Below are positions 15,075 through 28,284 of a stretch of DNA of 64,000 bases, piece after piece. Numbering within the stretch: position 1 is the first letter of the stretch; the number at the start of each line of letters is the position of its first letter. The notes under the pieces were generated by a model that ran no database searches, was not told the origin of the DNA, and worked only from the letters and a program-made list of their open reading frames with translations. Both the position numbers and the translations under genes were made by a program. Source of the DNA: the human T2T-CHM13v2.0 reference genome, Homo sapiens; NCBI RefSeq assembly GCF_009914755.1, contig NC_060925.1. One strand, written 5' to 3'.

Positions 15075-17529
15075 TACTTATTTGTCTTTAAAAAGGATGA
15101 CATTTCGAGAAACTTTTTCTCTTTTATGATCTGGTTCTTTGTTCATCTTTTGATGGGAGAAAAGGAGACCGATACCACAAGCTGGTGATACCACATCTGG
15201 GGGACACCTGTAGTCTTTTGATGCCCTGAATATTAATCCTCTCACAAGACAGCCTTCTATTACTGCCCAATAGCTGCAATATACAGCACTTTTCTCTTGC
15301 TTCGGTATGATGTAAAATGTGGTTCTATATGATCATAAAATTGGTTTAAATGCAATTATTTCAAGACTAGTTAATGGACATTTATTATTTAAAATATCTT
15401 TTAAGGTCATTTGCAACCAGGAAGGAAAAAGCTAAATTCTTTATCTTCTCTTTATTCCACTAAGAAACATATATTTGTTACTGAAAATGCTCACTAATGA
15501 CTTTAGCTTATTTGTTAATTTAGAAGGTTTGTTTTCTAATAAAACTGGGGTACAGTTATTTGACTACCTGAATTTGTAGCAAAGAATCTTTTAAAGAGAA
15601 ATACTTGACTCTCATTATAGCACTTGTTTCTGAAAGGCTATAAGCTGCTATTTAGAAGTGGTCCCGGACTTTCTCCCAATATGAATTCATTTTTCAAGCT
15701 ACTATCTTCAAGGTTATTATCCAGTTCAGGCAGATGCTGCTATTAATGAAAGCCAGAGAGCTTTCTCCTACTCACTAGTGACCTCTAAGACGTCTTCACC
15801 AATTATCGTTTCCATTCTAGTCTGTCAAAAGCCACTGCCAGTAAAATCTATAACAGTTGTTTCAGCATCTTCTCCCTGTGATCCCTCATCCCAGGATAGC
15901 AGCTGGACTGGTCTTTGAATTGACACGCAGTTCAGCCCTCCTGACTGCTATGAAGTCCCAGGGAGTGTTTATAACATCAGCCTTCAGATGGCTGCTCAGT
16001 TCAGTGCAACCCTATTTTCTCTAATGTTGGTTGAGCAGGAAGCAGGGCTTTGCAGGAGGGGGAAAAGAAGATGGCATCGAATAAAATTACTTTTTAGATT
16101 TCGGGAGCTGGAAGGGCTCCTAGAGTTTATGTAGGCAACCTTTATCATTACCCTGGATCTTAACATGGTAAACCACACTAAAATCTTTCTCCCTGCTCCC
16201 TGTAGCAGTGGGACGTGCAAAAATGGACCTCACGAAAAGCACAAACTATCAAAAAATATTTACTCCTCCCCCTCCCCAACCAGGAAGAAACAGGGAGATA
16301 ATTAATGTAAGAGTCTGTTTGTGTGGCATGGTTTGAGGCAATGGGATATGAGACGTGCTTTTGGTTCTCTACAGCGAACAGCCTAGTAGAAAACAGACAA
16401 GTTAATCAGCCCGTCTTCTGACCAGGGTAATAAGTGCCGCACTAGAAGCACACACAGCGCACTGAGAGCACGGAGGAGGGCATTTAAATGTGACTTGGGG
16501 AGCAGGTCACTGAAGGCTTCTTGGAGGAGGTGAGGCTTGACTTCATTCTGATGAAAGAGTTGAAATCAACTGGTAGAAATATAGCCGCCTGGGGGTCAGG
16601 AAACCTGAATTCTGCATCCAGCAAAGCCACTCATATGACCGTGGACAAAAATCTATACATTAAAAAAACGTGGCAAGAAAACCTTATGCAAGAGTGTAGA
16701 GAAAAACAAGGCCATGCTTGAAAAAAAAAAAGGCCATGCTCCTTTCTTAAACCCTTCTGTCCTCAGACCTCTCCGACAGGTGAAAAGACCCAGAGATGTT
16801 CACCATGGTGCTTGTCAACAGCAGCAGCTCTAGGGAATGGTGACTTTAAATATTTGAAATGACAAGTGAGAACAATTGTCTCTGAGGTATTTTACCCTGA
16901 AAACCATAAAGGTTTGCAACTGGGGATTTATCTGATTGCCCTGGGCTCTCACACAGGCTGTCACGGTTTGCACATTGGTTGGAAAGGTGTCTTGAGCTGA
17001 CTTCAGCCAGTAGCTCCCCACAGTAAAGATGAGGGTCCTTTCCTCAGGCTTAGAGGCTCTATATTGTTATGGTATATTACTTTATTACTAGCATATATTA
17101 AGTGTCTTTTCAGTGTCATGCACTAGACTGGAAACTGCTATACACAGATGGCATACTTACAATCCCTAAGACACATGCAGTTCAGCAGGAGAGACTAACA
17201 CGAAAATCCATGATGACGGGACAATGTAATAAAACCTATAACAAGGCAGGGACCCAATGGACATGGATGAGATCCCGCTGAGGGGCGCAGGCAGCGAGGG
17301 ATTCTTCGAGGAGGAAAACCTTGAGCAGAGATTTTGAAGGAGAAAGTGCAATTAGCTGGACGAATATGCGTGTTTGGGTGTTAGGGATGGGTGGAAAGGG
17401 ATATGGTTAAAATAGCCTTCTGAACACAGCAATTTGGCCATGTCCTTTCTTCAAATGCTTTGAATAAACTTCTAACTACTTAGCACTCAAAAATTAATCC
17501 CAGAGGGATGATATCTATCTTCCCCTCAG

Positions 17530-17832
17530 TTTTTATTTTATTGTATTTTTTTAGACAGCATCTCTTTCTGTCGCCTAGGCTAGAGTGCAGTGGCATGATC
17601 TTGGCTCACTGAAACTTTTGCCTCCGGGTTCAAGTGATTCTCCCACCTCAGCCTCCCGAGTAGCTGGGACTACAGGCAAATGCCACCACGCCCAGCTACT
17701 TTTTGTATTTTTAGTGGAGATGGGCTTTTGCCATGTTGGCCAGACTGGTCTTGAACTCCTGGCCTTAAGTGATCTGCCCGCCTCGGCCTCCCAAAGTGCT
17801 GGGATTACAGGTGTGAAACACTGCACCCAGCC
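17530..17832 (-). mobile_element. Alu (J/S)
   Basis: Dimeric Alu; TSD ttcccctcag/ttcccttcag. Confidence 0.95.
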
Positions 17833-18084
17833 TTCCCTTCAGTTTTAAAGAGCAATAAAATAAAACTTGCTGTACTCACACAGTAAATTTTTAGGATAAA
17901 CTTGCGGTTGGAGAAGATGTTAGAGATCATTTCTTCACAGCCCTCTCCAGTGCCCAAATTTTCTATGCAGAAACATTCTTGAGAAGAAACTTTTCAGGTG
18001 TTCATAGACATTTTGCTAATGGTAAAGTAGAGATACAGAAAGGGTTCACTAGGCTTAAACTTCCTTTTTATATTCAGAACATTA

Positions 18085-18305
18085 AGCATTAAGGGTTAAG
18101 AATTTGGGTTCTAGAACCAGACCGGCAGCAAACCCTGACACTTCAACTTTCTAGGTGTTGACCTTGGGCAAATTACTTAAATTCTATGATCCTCAGTTTC
18201 ATCCTCTCTAAAATAGAGAGAATAATAGTCTAACCACCTCATGGGATAATCTTTGTAATGGATTTAACACAGTACCTGGTACAGAGTACATGCTCAATAA
18301 ATTAT
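18085..18305 (+). mobile_element. MIR
   Basis: gaccttgggcaaattacttaa...cctcagtttcatcctctctaaaatagagag...tgctcaataaa. Confidence 0.75.
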
Positions 18306-18776
18306 GTGTCTGTCCATCTATCTATCGATCTATCTATTTATCTACTATCCATCCTACTTATATAAATCCCACTCCTCAACCCATCCTAACAGGCAGATGG
18401 ACCATCTGCAGTCCCCCTGCTTCCACTTGAATTCACATTTCCTCTTACTGAAGTTATCGTGAGGCCTCAGGGAAGGGATAAAAATAAATTTCATTAGGAA
18501 ACAGATACAGCTACTTGCATGTTTTATGACAGTTTATGCTGTGAGAAATGAGAATCCTTTAGAGATATTTTGTAATATGTTACATCTTTGAGGAAACTTG
18601 TCGGTGAATGTACATAGAGTGCTACCCTTCCCTTTTCGTGTTCCTGTCTCTGCTTTTTCCTGAGGAACAGATGACTCAGGATACATACATAATATAGTGA
18701 CACTCCAAGCTATATTGTGGCAGTGAGATGCACGGGCAGGTTGGTGGGGACACAGCAGCTGTCTAGTCACTCCCTA

Positions 18777-19031
<255 letters not shown>

Positions 19032-19230
19032 TTATCAGACCTGACTTTTCTTCTTTCCACTCCCAACATGTGTATGAGCATGGATTAATATTTACTCCAA
19101 CCAAACTACGATTTGGTTCCCATTATGCTAGTGCCTGGAAGGATGCAGGAGTCTTGGTGAAATCACTTAATTGCAACATATGCAAGTACTTGATTAGATT
19201 AATTTCAATTGTTTTGGTTTGATGTGAATA

Positions 19231-19555
19231 CAGTTGACCCTCCATATCTGCAGTTTCCACATCTGCAGATTCAAACAACTGCAGATCAAAAATATTTGGA
19301 AAAAAATTAAAAAGTAACTATACAACAATAAAAAGAATACAAATAAAAACAATACAGTATGGTGACTATTTACATAGCATTTACATAGTATTAGGTATTA
19401 TAAGTAATCTAGAGATGATTTAAAGTATACAGGAAGATGTGTGTAAGTTATATGCAAATACTATGCCATTTTATACAAAAGACTTGAGCATCTGCGGATT
19501 TTGATATTCATGGGAGTGCTAGAATCAATCCCCCTAGTATACTGAGAGATGACTG
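19231..19555 (-). mobile_element. MER2 (TcMar-Tigger MITE)
   Basis: TIRs cagttgaccctc...gagagatgactg with TA target duplication; internal taagtaatctagagatgatttaaagtatac motif. Confidence 0.85.
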
Positions 19556-20614
19556 TACTGTGGTCATTGGGAAAAGGGAAATAATAAAGTGAACTAAAAT
19601 AGTCAGAGAAGATTTCAGGAAGGAGTTGGATATTTAAGGTTGGTTAGGATGGAAGGTCGAGAAAAGTTATCTTAAATTTGAACAGGGATTAAAATGTAGA
19701 CTTCTAAATTGAATATTCAATTGCTAGGTCACACTGCTCCTGGCCATGGGGGATTAAAATATTTATCCCAGATTTTTCTATGTTGAGGGGTTTGATATCG
19801 ACAAAAATGTTTGTTCTCTTATGACCACAGTGAATGACTTCAACTCAGGTTTGAAAGTAAGGAGGAAAACAGGAGATGAGTAAAATTTTAAGAGCAAGCT
19901 GAGTATGGAGAGCCATGTAAGATGCAGAATGATACTTGGTTAGGAGTGCAGTGCTTTCTGTTGGGAATGCTGTTGGTATCTATAAATTGTTTTTGGAGGC
20001 CAGAAATTCTTTAGGGTGAAAAGGAGGAAGCACCTGGGTATATGAGTCCTGCGGAGAGCAGTCACCCTCCTTTTCCCAGGCTCCATCATGGGCTATGGAA
20101 AGCTGGGGAGCTACACAGGAAGATGTAATGAACTGAATCATGTGGAAGGACAAGGTCATATCTTGTAAAGTCTATACCAGCTGGAGATGATGAAGAATGG
20201 TCGAGAAAAAAGCAAAAGTAGGATAGAGGGAAGGGCATGACAAAAATGGAAGGGGAAGGAGAAAGGGGCTGAGGAACAGAGGATGGGACACAAGGTGGGA
20301 GAGAAGTGGACGAGTGGAATTTTTTGTCTGCTGGCCTTTGTTGTTTCTGGGTAAATTGATGTAAATTCTTAGAGCTGCTGTTAGTTGATAGTTGTGTTTG
20401 TTAAGTGATTCCCCGAACATTTATTTCTGTTTGAAATACTTCATTTAATAAAAATATAATTATGCAAAAATATTAGCTCAAGAAGATGGTTCTTGGGTGA
20501 TTCAAACTCCTCCTAATCTCCACTAAAAAGACTTAATAGATGTTAAAATTTTCCGATATTCCCTTCAGATCTTTTCTTCTTTTAAAGGAAAGTATTCATT
20601 ATACAGGGTGTCTT

Positions 20615-22370
20615 GACCGCTTCTCCGAGCTCAGATTCACCTGCAAATTGGATATCTCCATCTGCATGTCCCATAGGTACTTCAGACTCATGTGTTAAGT
20701 GAACAATAATTTTCCCCACCCCCCAACATGCTCCAAACCTGTTTCTCTTCCAGTATTTCCTTTATTAAAGAAGGAAGCCATCATCAGTTCTAGTGGTCCA
20801 TAAGCTTGTTTTGTGTACTCTACCTGCTCCTCCGTCATTAAGCTCATGAGTGCACAGGATGGTGCATCCCTCCTGCCCTTTGCTGTTCCAAGTGAGTCTC
20901 TGTAACTAGAGCAATAACCTTGGTATCCAGATGTAAGCTGATAATACGGTATCACCGCATATATTTTTTTAAAAACAGGCACGTCTTGTTCTCCAAAGCC
21001 TTATTTGTCTCTCTACATACTTTGAAGTATATCATGCTCTTGTTTCAGCCAGCAGCTGCCTAGAGCAAGGATCTTGATACCTTCCTCCTATGCTTTAAGA
21101 TTATGTATTTCCAGGAAAAAAAAAAAACAAAAACAGGATACAAACCTGATCAGCTTCCATTATCTTCAAGTCGAAAAGGAAGTCTTTAATCTAAGGCTCT
21201 GCCATTTGTCAAGTAGAAATGGTTTGAAGATTGAGAGCTGCCTCTAAGGTATGTGCGTTTTCTGTGTGTATTTTGTTGGGTATGTGACACTTTTTCCCCA
21301 TTTTATAGCATGCCCAGAGTACTTTTTTTTCTCCAAACCCATCCTCTTATATTACATGTCATTTTATTTAACTATCTTCCCAGACTCTCCACCACTCCCC
21401 TTGTCCCTGTAGGTCTGGGAATCATTTTGTATGTGTCCATGGAGAATACACTCACTTGTCCCATCAGAATACCTATGACTCTGTGCTGTAACTCCCTGCT
21501 TCTTTCATTGTCTGGCCCCCTCACTAGAAGGCAAATGCTGGCACGTCAGGGGTTTGTGTGTCTTGTTCTCCACTGATTCCCCTAAACATAGCAGAAGCTC
21601 TTGCGTTTAGCAAGCACTCAGTGAGTGTTTGTGAACTGAATCAAGACTTTTCAGCAATTCCTAGATTCCTTCCTCTTGTTTCTCCCCTACTCTACTACTT
21701 CTATGGCTGTCTGGCTTCTCATAATCTCACATATGGATTATAGCAGAACTTCCATCCCCCTGACTACCCCATAATACTCATCCTCCCAAATAATTTCTTG
21801 CACCAATGATAGATTCATATGCCCAAACCTTTTCTGCCACTTTCTTGGAAATAGTTAGCAATTGTTTTCTATTGCCTATCAGATTAAGTTCAAAGTCCTT
21901 TTATCACTTCAAGATTAATGTTCTTGGCTTACCTAAATATACAAACTCAGGTACTTGCTATTCCCAAATATAACTCCTGTCTATAAACAAGCCGATTTCC
22001 TTCCTATTCTCCCATCCATGGTTAGGTCAGGCTTACCTGGCTTACTACTTGCTCTTTCCCCCAGCTATCTCTTTATGTCCCCCTTCTATCCATCCAAACC
22101 CTTCTTATCCCTCAACGCTCAAGCCAGGGAGCTTGAAGCCTTCTTTCAGTCATTCATGCACACATTAATCTTATAATTTTGTATCCATCTCTGAAATTTC
22201 CAGCCAATTGTACATTAGTACTCTTTGTATCTAATTTCATAGACAATATCTTAAACTCAATTTTAAGATGCTTGATGTCAAGAATTATACCTTGTAATGC
22301 CTAGCGTATCAGAACCTGACCTAGCATGTTAGATTAATTGGTACACTATTCTTAAGCCTGTTGATTGATT
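20615..22370 (+). mobile_element. Fragmented L2 relics
   Basis: ggatatctccatctgcatgtcccataggtac (20650) and L2 3' ends (caagcactcagtgagtgtttgtgaactgaat at about 21610). Confidence 0.5.
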
Positions 22371-23742
22371 GATATTCCAGAGTCATCTAAGGTATTAAGA
22401 TATCAGGAAAAGTCATATAAAAATGATTCAAGATACTTAGATTTATGTACCTTCAAATTAAGTGTTACCTTATTACTTCATGGAATAAGAGGAAGTCCTA
22501 TACACCTCAACCCTATCCCAGGCAAATATTTTTTAATGGGAACACAATAATTGCAAATTGTAATATTTGTCATGGGCCCTAAGTGTTGGGAAGCATTGGA
22601 CATAGCAGTTACCAGATGACTGGAGCTACAGTTGGTAGCCCAATCGGCATTCGAACTGATGCTGATATATACTAAGGCCTGCTGCAAGCCCTCTGTACTG
22701 TCTATTGCTAAGCAAATGGAGGATGAGACAGGTCTGGTTGCTGACACAGCATGCATAAAAGACTGAGTCACTGTTCCTGCCCTCTGGGCATTTGAATACA
22801 GTAAGGGCAACCGAGGAGCACATAAATAACTATAATCTGAAAGAGTGTCTCTTAGATATGGGAGGTGTATGTATATAGGGATAAACTACAGAAAACTCCA
22901 AGGTCTTGGTCTGGGATACTGTAACAAAATGGAATGTCAAGAAGAGAAGCCAATGTGAGAGACAACGATGCCAAATTTGGTTTTGAGCCCATTTGAGGTT
23001 AAATTAGAAGTGTGCTTAATTTTTGTTAAGGGTAAGTAAAGAATGAATGGCTTTGATGGGAATGTAATTTGGGGAGTTGAGGGCATAGAAGTAATGAACA
23101 AGGTATGTAGGTAAGTTGCCCAGAGAGTGAATGAGTTTTCCTACATGTTGTTTTTCCATCTCTGAACTGATGTTAATAATACTTGTTTTCCACTTGACAT
23201 GAAGTTCTGAGAATTATTCTTAGATCTTGAAAGTGCTTTATTTAACCTCTACTCATTGATAAAGAGACTGGGCTTTCATGAGGCTGCTGAGAAATTCCTG
23301 GGAGGCTTTCCGAGATGGAAGCGGGCAGGAGGTTGCTATTGCCTCACACTCAGGTTACTGCTGCTGAAAGGGAGTGGCGGCTTATCCCACTGTGACGGCC
23401 CCTGGAGGGCACAGGAGGACATGGCACATTTTGGACCTGCCAGAAACAATTCAGTACTTGGACTTTCACAATGGCTCTTCTTCCTTCAAACAACAAAACT
23501 GTAGAACAAAGCATCCCTGATCCTAATTAAGAAAGTTCAGATCAGCTCCTATCAGCATCATCATAGTTATCTTACATCCTGTTAGTAATACCTTGGCCTA
23601 TTTACAGTTGTGTGCTTTTGTTTGGAACGCTTTTATACAGATTGTCTCGTGTTTTTACTGATATATGGTCTAGCTAGATAGTGCTGCGCTTTTCTTGAGG
23701 GCTTTCTACACATTAAGCACTGAATTAGATGCTTTGCGTTCA

Positions 23743-23917
23743 CAGATCTGGCATTATGAGTGTGCACCTGCACAGTGGCACAAGATGCTGGCCTCAGAAA
23801 GGCCTGCATTTGATTTAATGCTCTGCTGTTGCCATCTTGAAATTCTGGATAATTTTTGAAAAGGGGGCCCTGCATTTTCATTTTGCACTGGATCTCCGTA
23901 ACATGTAGCTGGCCCCG
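23743..23917 (+). mobile_element. MER45A (hAT-Tip100) inserted in a MIR
   Basis: tttaatgctctgctgttgccatcttgaaattc...gggccctgcattttcattttgcactgg...tgtagctggcc. Confidence 0.8.
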
Positions 23918-24081
23918 TACACGGGCTATTTCCTGTAATATGTACAACTACTCTATGTGTAGGACATACGATGCCATTTCACAGATAAGAAAGTGGGCTC
24001 ACAGAGTAATTTGCCAAGATCCTTAACACACCAGAATTGGTCTTTTGGTTCTGGTCTGTGCAATTCCCAATCCTATGCTCT

Positions 24082-24265
24082 CAATCGGTGCTTCCAGGTG
24101 AATGTTTATCCTGGTGTGTCCACAGCCTACCTGCGTCAGATTCATCCAAGAAGCTTGTAAACATGCAGATTTCTCATAAGCAGGCTCTACAGACAGGGCC
24201 AGGGAATCTGTATTTTAGTTCATTGACCAGGTGACTCTTGTACACCATTCAAGTCTGAGAACTAA
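24082..24265. mobile_element. MER5-like hAT-Charlie MITE
   Basis: aaacatgcagatt...gggaatctgtattttagt...caggtgactctt...aagtctgagaacta. Confidence 0.6.
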
Positions 24266-24378
24266 AGCCCCACATCAATCGCTTTCAACCATGTTTGGCC
24301 CAACCCAGGTAAAAAATTCATTTTACATCAAGATGCAGTATACACACATGACAAAAGTGTCATAAGATAGTACTTACC

Positions 24379-24719
<341 letters not shown>

Positions 24720-25030
24720 CTATTCTAATTCTCTTGTAAATGCCTACAGTGCTTTATAGTACAGATCACAAAGGTAATTTGAAGAACACAGTGGCTAGAT
24801 GAAGAGGAAATATTAAATAAGGCTTGAGTTTGGCACTATAAAGAATCTAAGTCAAAAACACAGAAAGAAAGCTACTCTTCCATTTAGGATTGTTTAAATG
24901 AGAAGTCTTAAACTTTTTTTAAAAAACAGAGCTCTTTAAAAAATCTGACTAAAACTAGGGCCCCATTTTACAGACAACTTCACATATACTCGTGATTTCT
25001 TATATCTTTCAGGGGGTCTCTAGATCTCCC

Positions 25031-25481
<451 letters not shown>

Positions 25482-26109
25482 TAGCTTTAAAGTCATAAGG
25501 ACTGATGCCCTTTGGCCATTCTTCTTTATTTTCTATTTATCTGATATCACGGGAATGCAGTTATTAGAGAAAAATGTTGCCAAAGGATAAGGATGGCTGC
25601 TTGGAAGCATTTTTGGAGGCAGCTAATGTCATTTGGTGGCAGAGACCACCAAAACAAAGGCTAGGAAGGAGGACAAATGCACTTCTAGAGTTCCCAACTC
25701 TCTTGGGCTCCCCTGTCTCTGGACCAGGGATTGGGGCATGGAGGACCTGGCATTCCATGGCAAATCTCAGGAATCTCCTCTACTTAGCCTAGGAGTGGTG
25801 TGCAACTGTGGAGTTGTTTGGACAAGCCTAGACTATTTAGCTTTCTTTACCAGAAGACTATGCCCATTCCCAGTGATTAAGTAACTACTCAGATCATTTC
25901 CGGACTTGAGATGAAGACACAAAGCTGAGAAGATGCTCTGGATGCTCAAAGATAAGACGACATTTCTAAATTGCTAGCACTAACCATGCTCTGGTCTTGC
26001 ATACCCCTCTATGCATAGTCAATGAACTATGAGATCAGTATTAAGAACATTTTGGGGTAAAGTACAGGAGGAAATGATGGAAAGAGAGTTCAGGGAGAGT
26101 ACATTTGAG

Positions 26110-26511
26110 CAGAGCTACTCAAAGTATGGTCAGTCCACACGCTGGTGCCAAACTCGGAATTGTTCATTTTTGTTCAATGATGAGCTGAGTACCCATTGAG
26201 TGTTTAGAAATGTATAGAATTTTGAGAGTCCCTGGCACATTCGCCAACCTCCTCCCTCCCTTCCTTCCTTTCACCTCCTGGGAAAAAAAAAGGAAAAAGA
26301 GAAAAAGAACTGTATAGAACTTGACAGAGTAATTTTAGGTCTGTTGAATCTAGTAATAAATTTAAGCTTTTATTGTGTATGTCTACATTTTTAAATGGTT
26401 TTTAAATGAATTCATTCTTATTGTACTTTACAAAGGTATAATTATTTGACAGGTTTGAAATTTGGGAGGAAAACACCTGGCCCCTCAGCATAGATAATGT
26501 TAAAAGCAGTA
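26110..26511. mobile_element. hAT-Charlie MITE (MER5C-like) with an internal insertion
   Basis: gctactcaaagtatggtc start; ttgacagagtaattttaggtctgttgaatctagtaataaa internal motif. Confidence 0.55.
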
Positions 26512-28284
26512 TTCTAAAGCAACATACATATATTCAGAAGCCTAGGAAAGGCATTCAAAGATCAGAACTATGAACCTTTCCCTCAGAATTGGGCCACATA
26601 TAAATTAATGTAATTTTAAGTGGCATTTTTGTCACCATCTAAGAGGTCTGTCAGGAATGATCAATTCTCTATTCTGGCGACTTTTCTTATTACATCACGT
26701 AGATATTGTGGTTTTATCAGAAATAGGAGAAAGTGAGTACTTTCAAACCTATATTTATAGTTCGCTGGGCCTTTGAACATATTTTATAAGCATTTACTAT
26801 GAGGTGAGAATGGCTATCTCCATTTTAATGAAGAAACTGAGGCACAGGGAATTGCCATAATTGACTTGCGTTGAAACCAGGAAGCAGGCCCAGAGTTCCT
26901 GTTGTTCCATCATCTGGTATGGCTTAACATCCAGACCCCGCTTCCTCCCCAGAGGAGATTATGGAGGGTTGGGGTTGTGTTCATTTATTGTTTAAAGCTC
27001 TTAGTATCACGAATAAATGGTCTATAAAAATAACAAGCAGCAAAGCAAAGCAAATATATTTCTTTAGCAATGCATTAAAGTATCTTACAAAAACAAGTTT
27101 CCACATGCTGAACTGCAAAATATTCTTTGACTACAAATAGTTGTGGTCTTTTCTTGGGAAAGAATCTCAGAAAATTCACAATAATACATTTCAACTAAAA
27201 ATAAAGATTGTATTCCCCTCTTAAGGAAATAGAAAGTTTGCGTGTGTGTATGTGTTTAATACTAGTATTTATAGACCTAAGGGAGTGAGTGCTGCTAGAA
27301 CTCAGAGGAGCCCAAAGATGAGAATTGAATGGTCCCACAGGGAGAAAACTGCGAAGGAATTGAAAAAAGCAAGCAATGGTTCCCAGCATTATTTTAAAGC
27401 CATCTCAGTAGATGCTGATGGTTCTACAGCAAGTAGCAAAATTCTATTCAGAGAAAGACAACGTTCACCTATGAGCACACATAGCTGAGTTCTTAAATAT
27501 TTTTTCACATGAATGATTCTTCAGGACTGTGGAAAACTTTGTTTCAGTCAAACAAAGCTACTTGTCATCGCCCATCCACAGCATGCTCATTCTTGTTTCC
27601 AGGCCTTTACCCATTACATTCTTCTTGGAGAATGCCTGATTCACTTTACTTATATTTGTCCTTTTTGTCTTTTAAAACACAGCTTAAAGCTCTGCTCCTC
27701 CAGGAAGTCTTTTCTAATTAACTCATGTAACTGACTCAGTCATTCTTTTGTGGCCCTAATCTATACATTTTATACTATATTTCTATGCAGGCATTTTGCT
27801 TTATAGGTGCTTTTGGCTCTGTGTAGGGTGTGTGTGTGTATGTGTGTTCAGGTCTTGGTGGTAAAGTGGCAAGATGTGGTGGGTAGGCATCTGATCTACT
27901 TAGATTGTGAGACCCTCGAAAGCAGGGACAATTCCCTCAGGCTGTGGTGGAGTCAGACATATTTCATAAGTGTGTGTGACTTTAGGCAACTCCCATAGGA
28001 TTGCTGTGAGGATTAAACAGCATGACAAACGTGACCTGCAGGGCACCCGGTAGATGTTCAATAACAGAAGCGCTCTATCTTTTTGTGATTCTAGTACAAG
28101 GCTCAGTATGGGAGCTCTTCACTCCAGATTGCTAGTTTTCGTGGCTATTGCTGTTGTGGTTGCTTAATAAAAATAGCCTACGTTTATTCTTCTGGGAGAG
28201 TTAGATGGCCATTGAAACTAATGCTAGCATTTAGGAAACACCTTGTCTTTCACTAACTACTTAACCTCCTTGGGCAGGTTGTTA

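Noticed and set aside
26223-26246. tRNA-like 3' end (gagtccctggcacattcgcca) within the small insert
   Set aside because: Only a loose resemblance to a T-arm/CCA end; no cloverleaf and no tRNA match that I can confirm.
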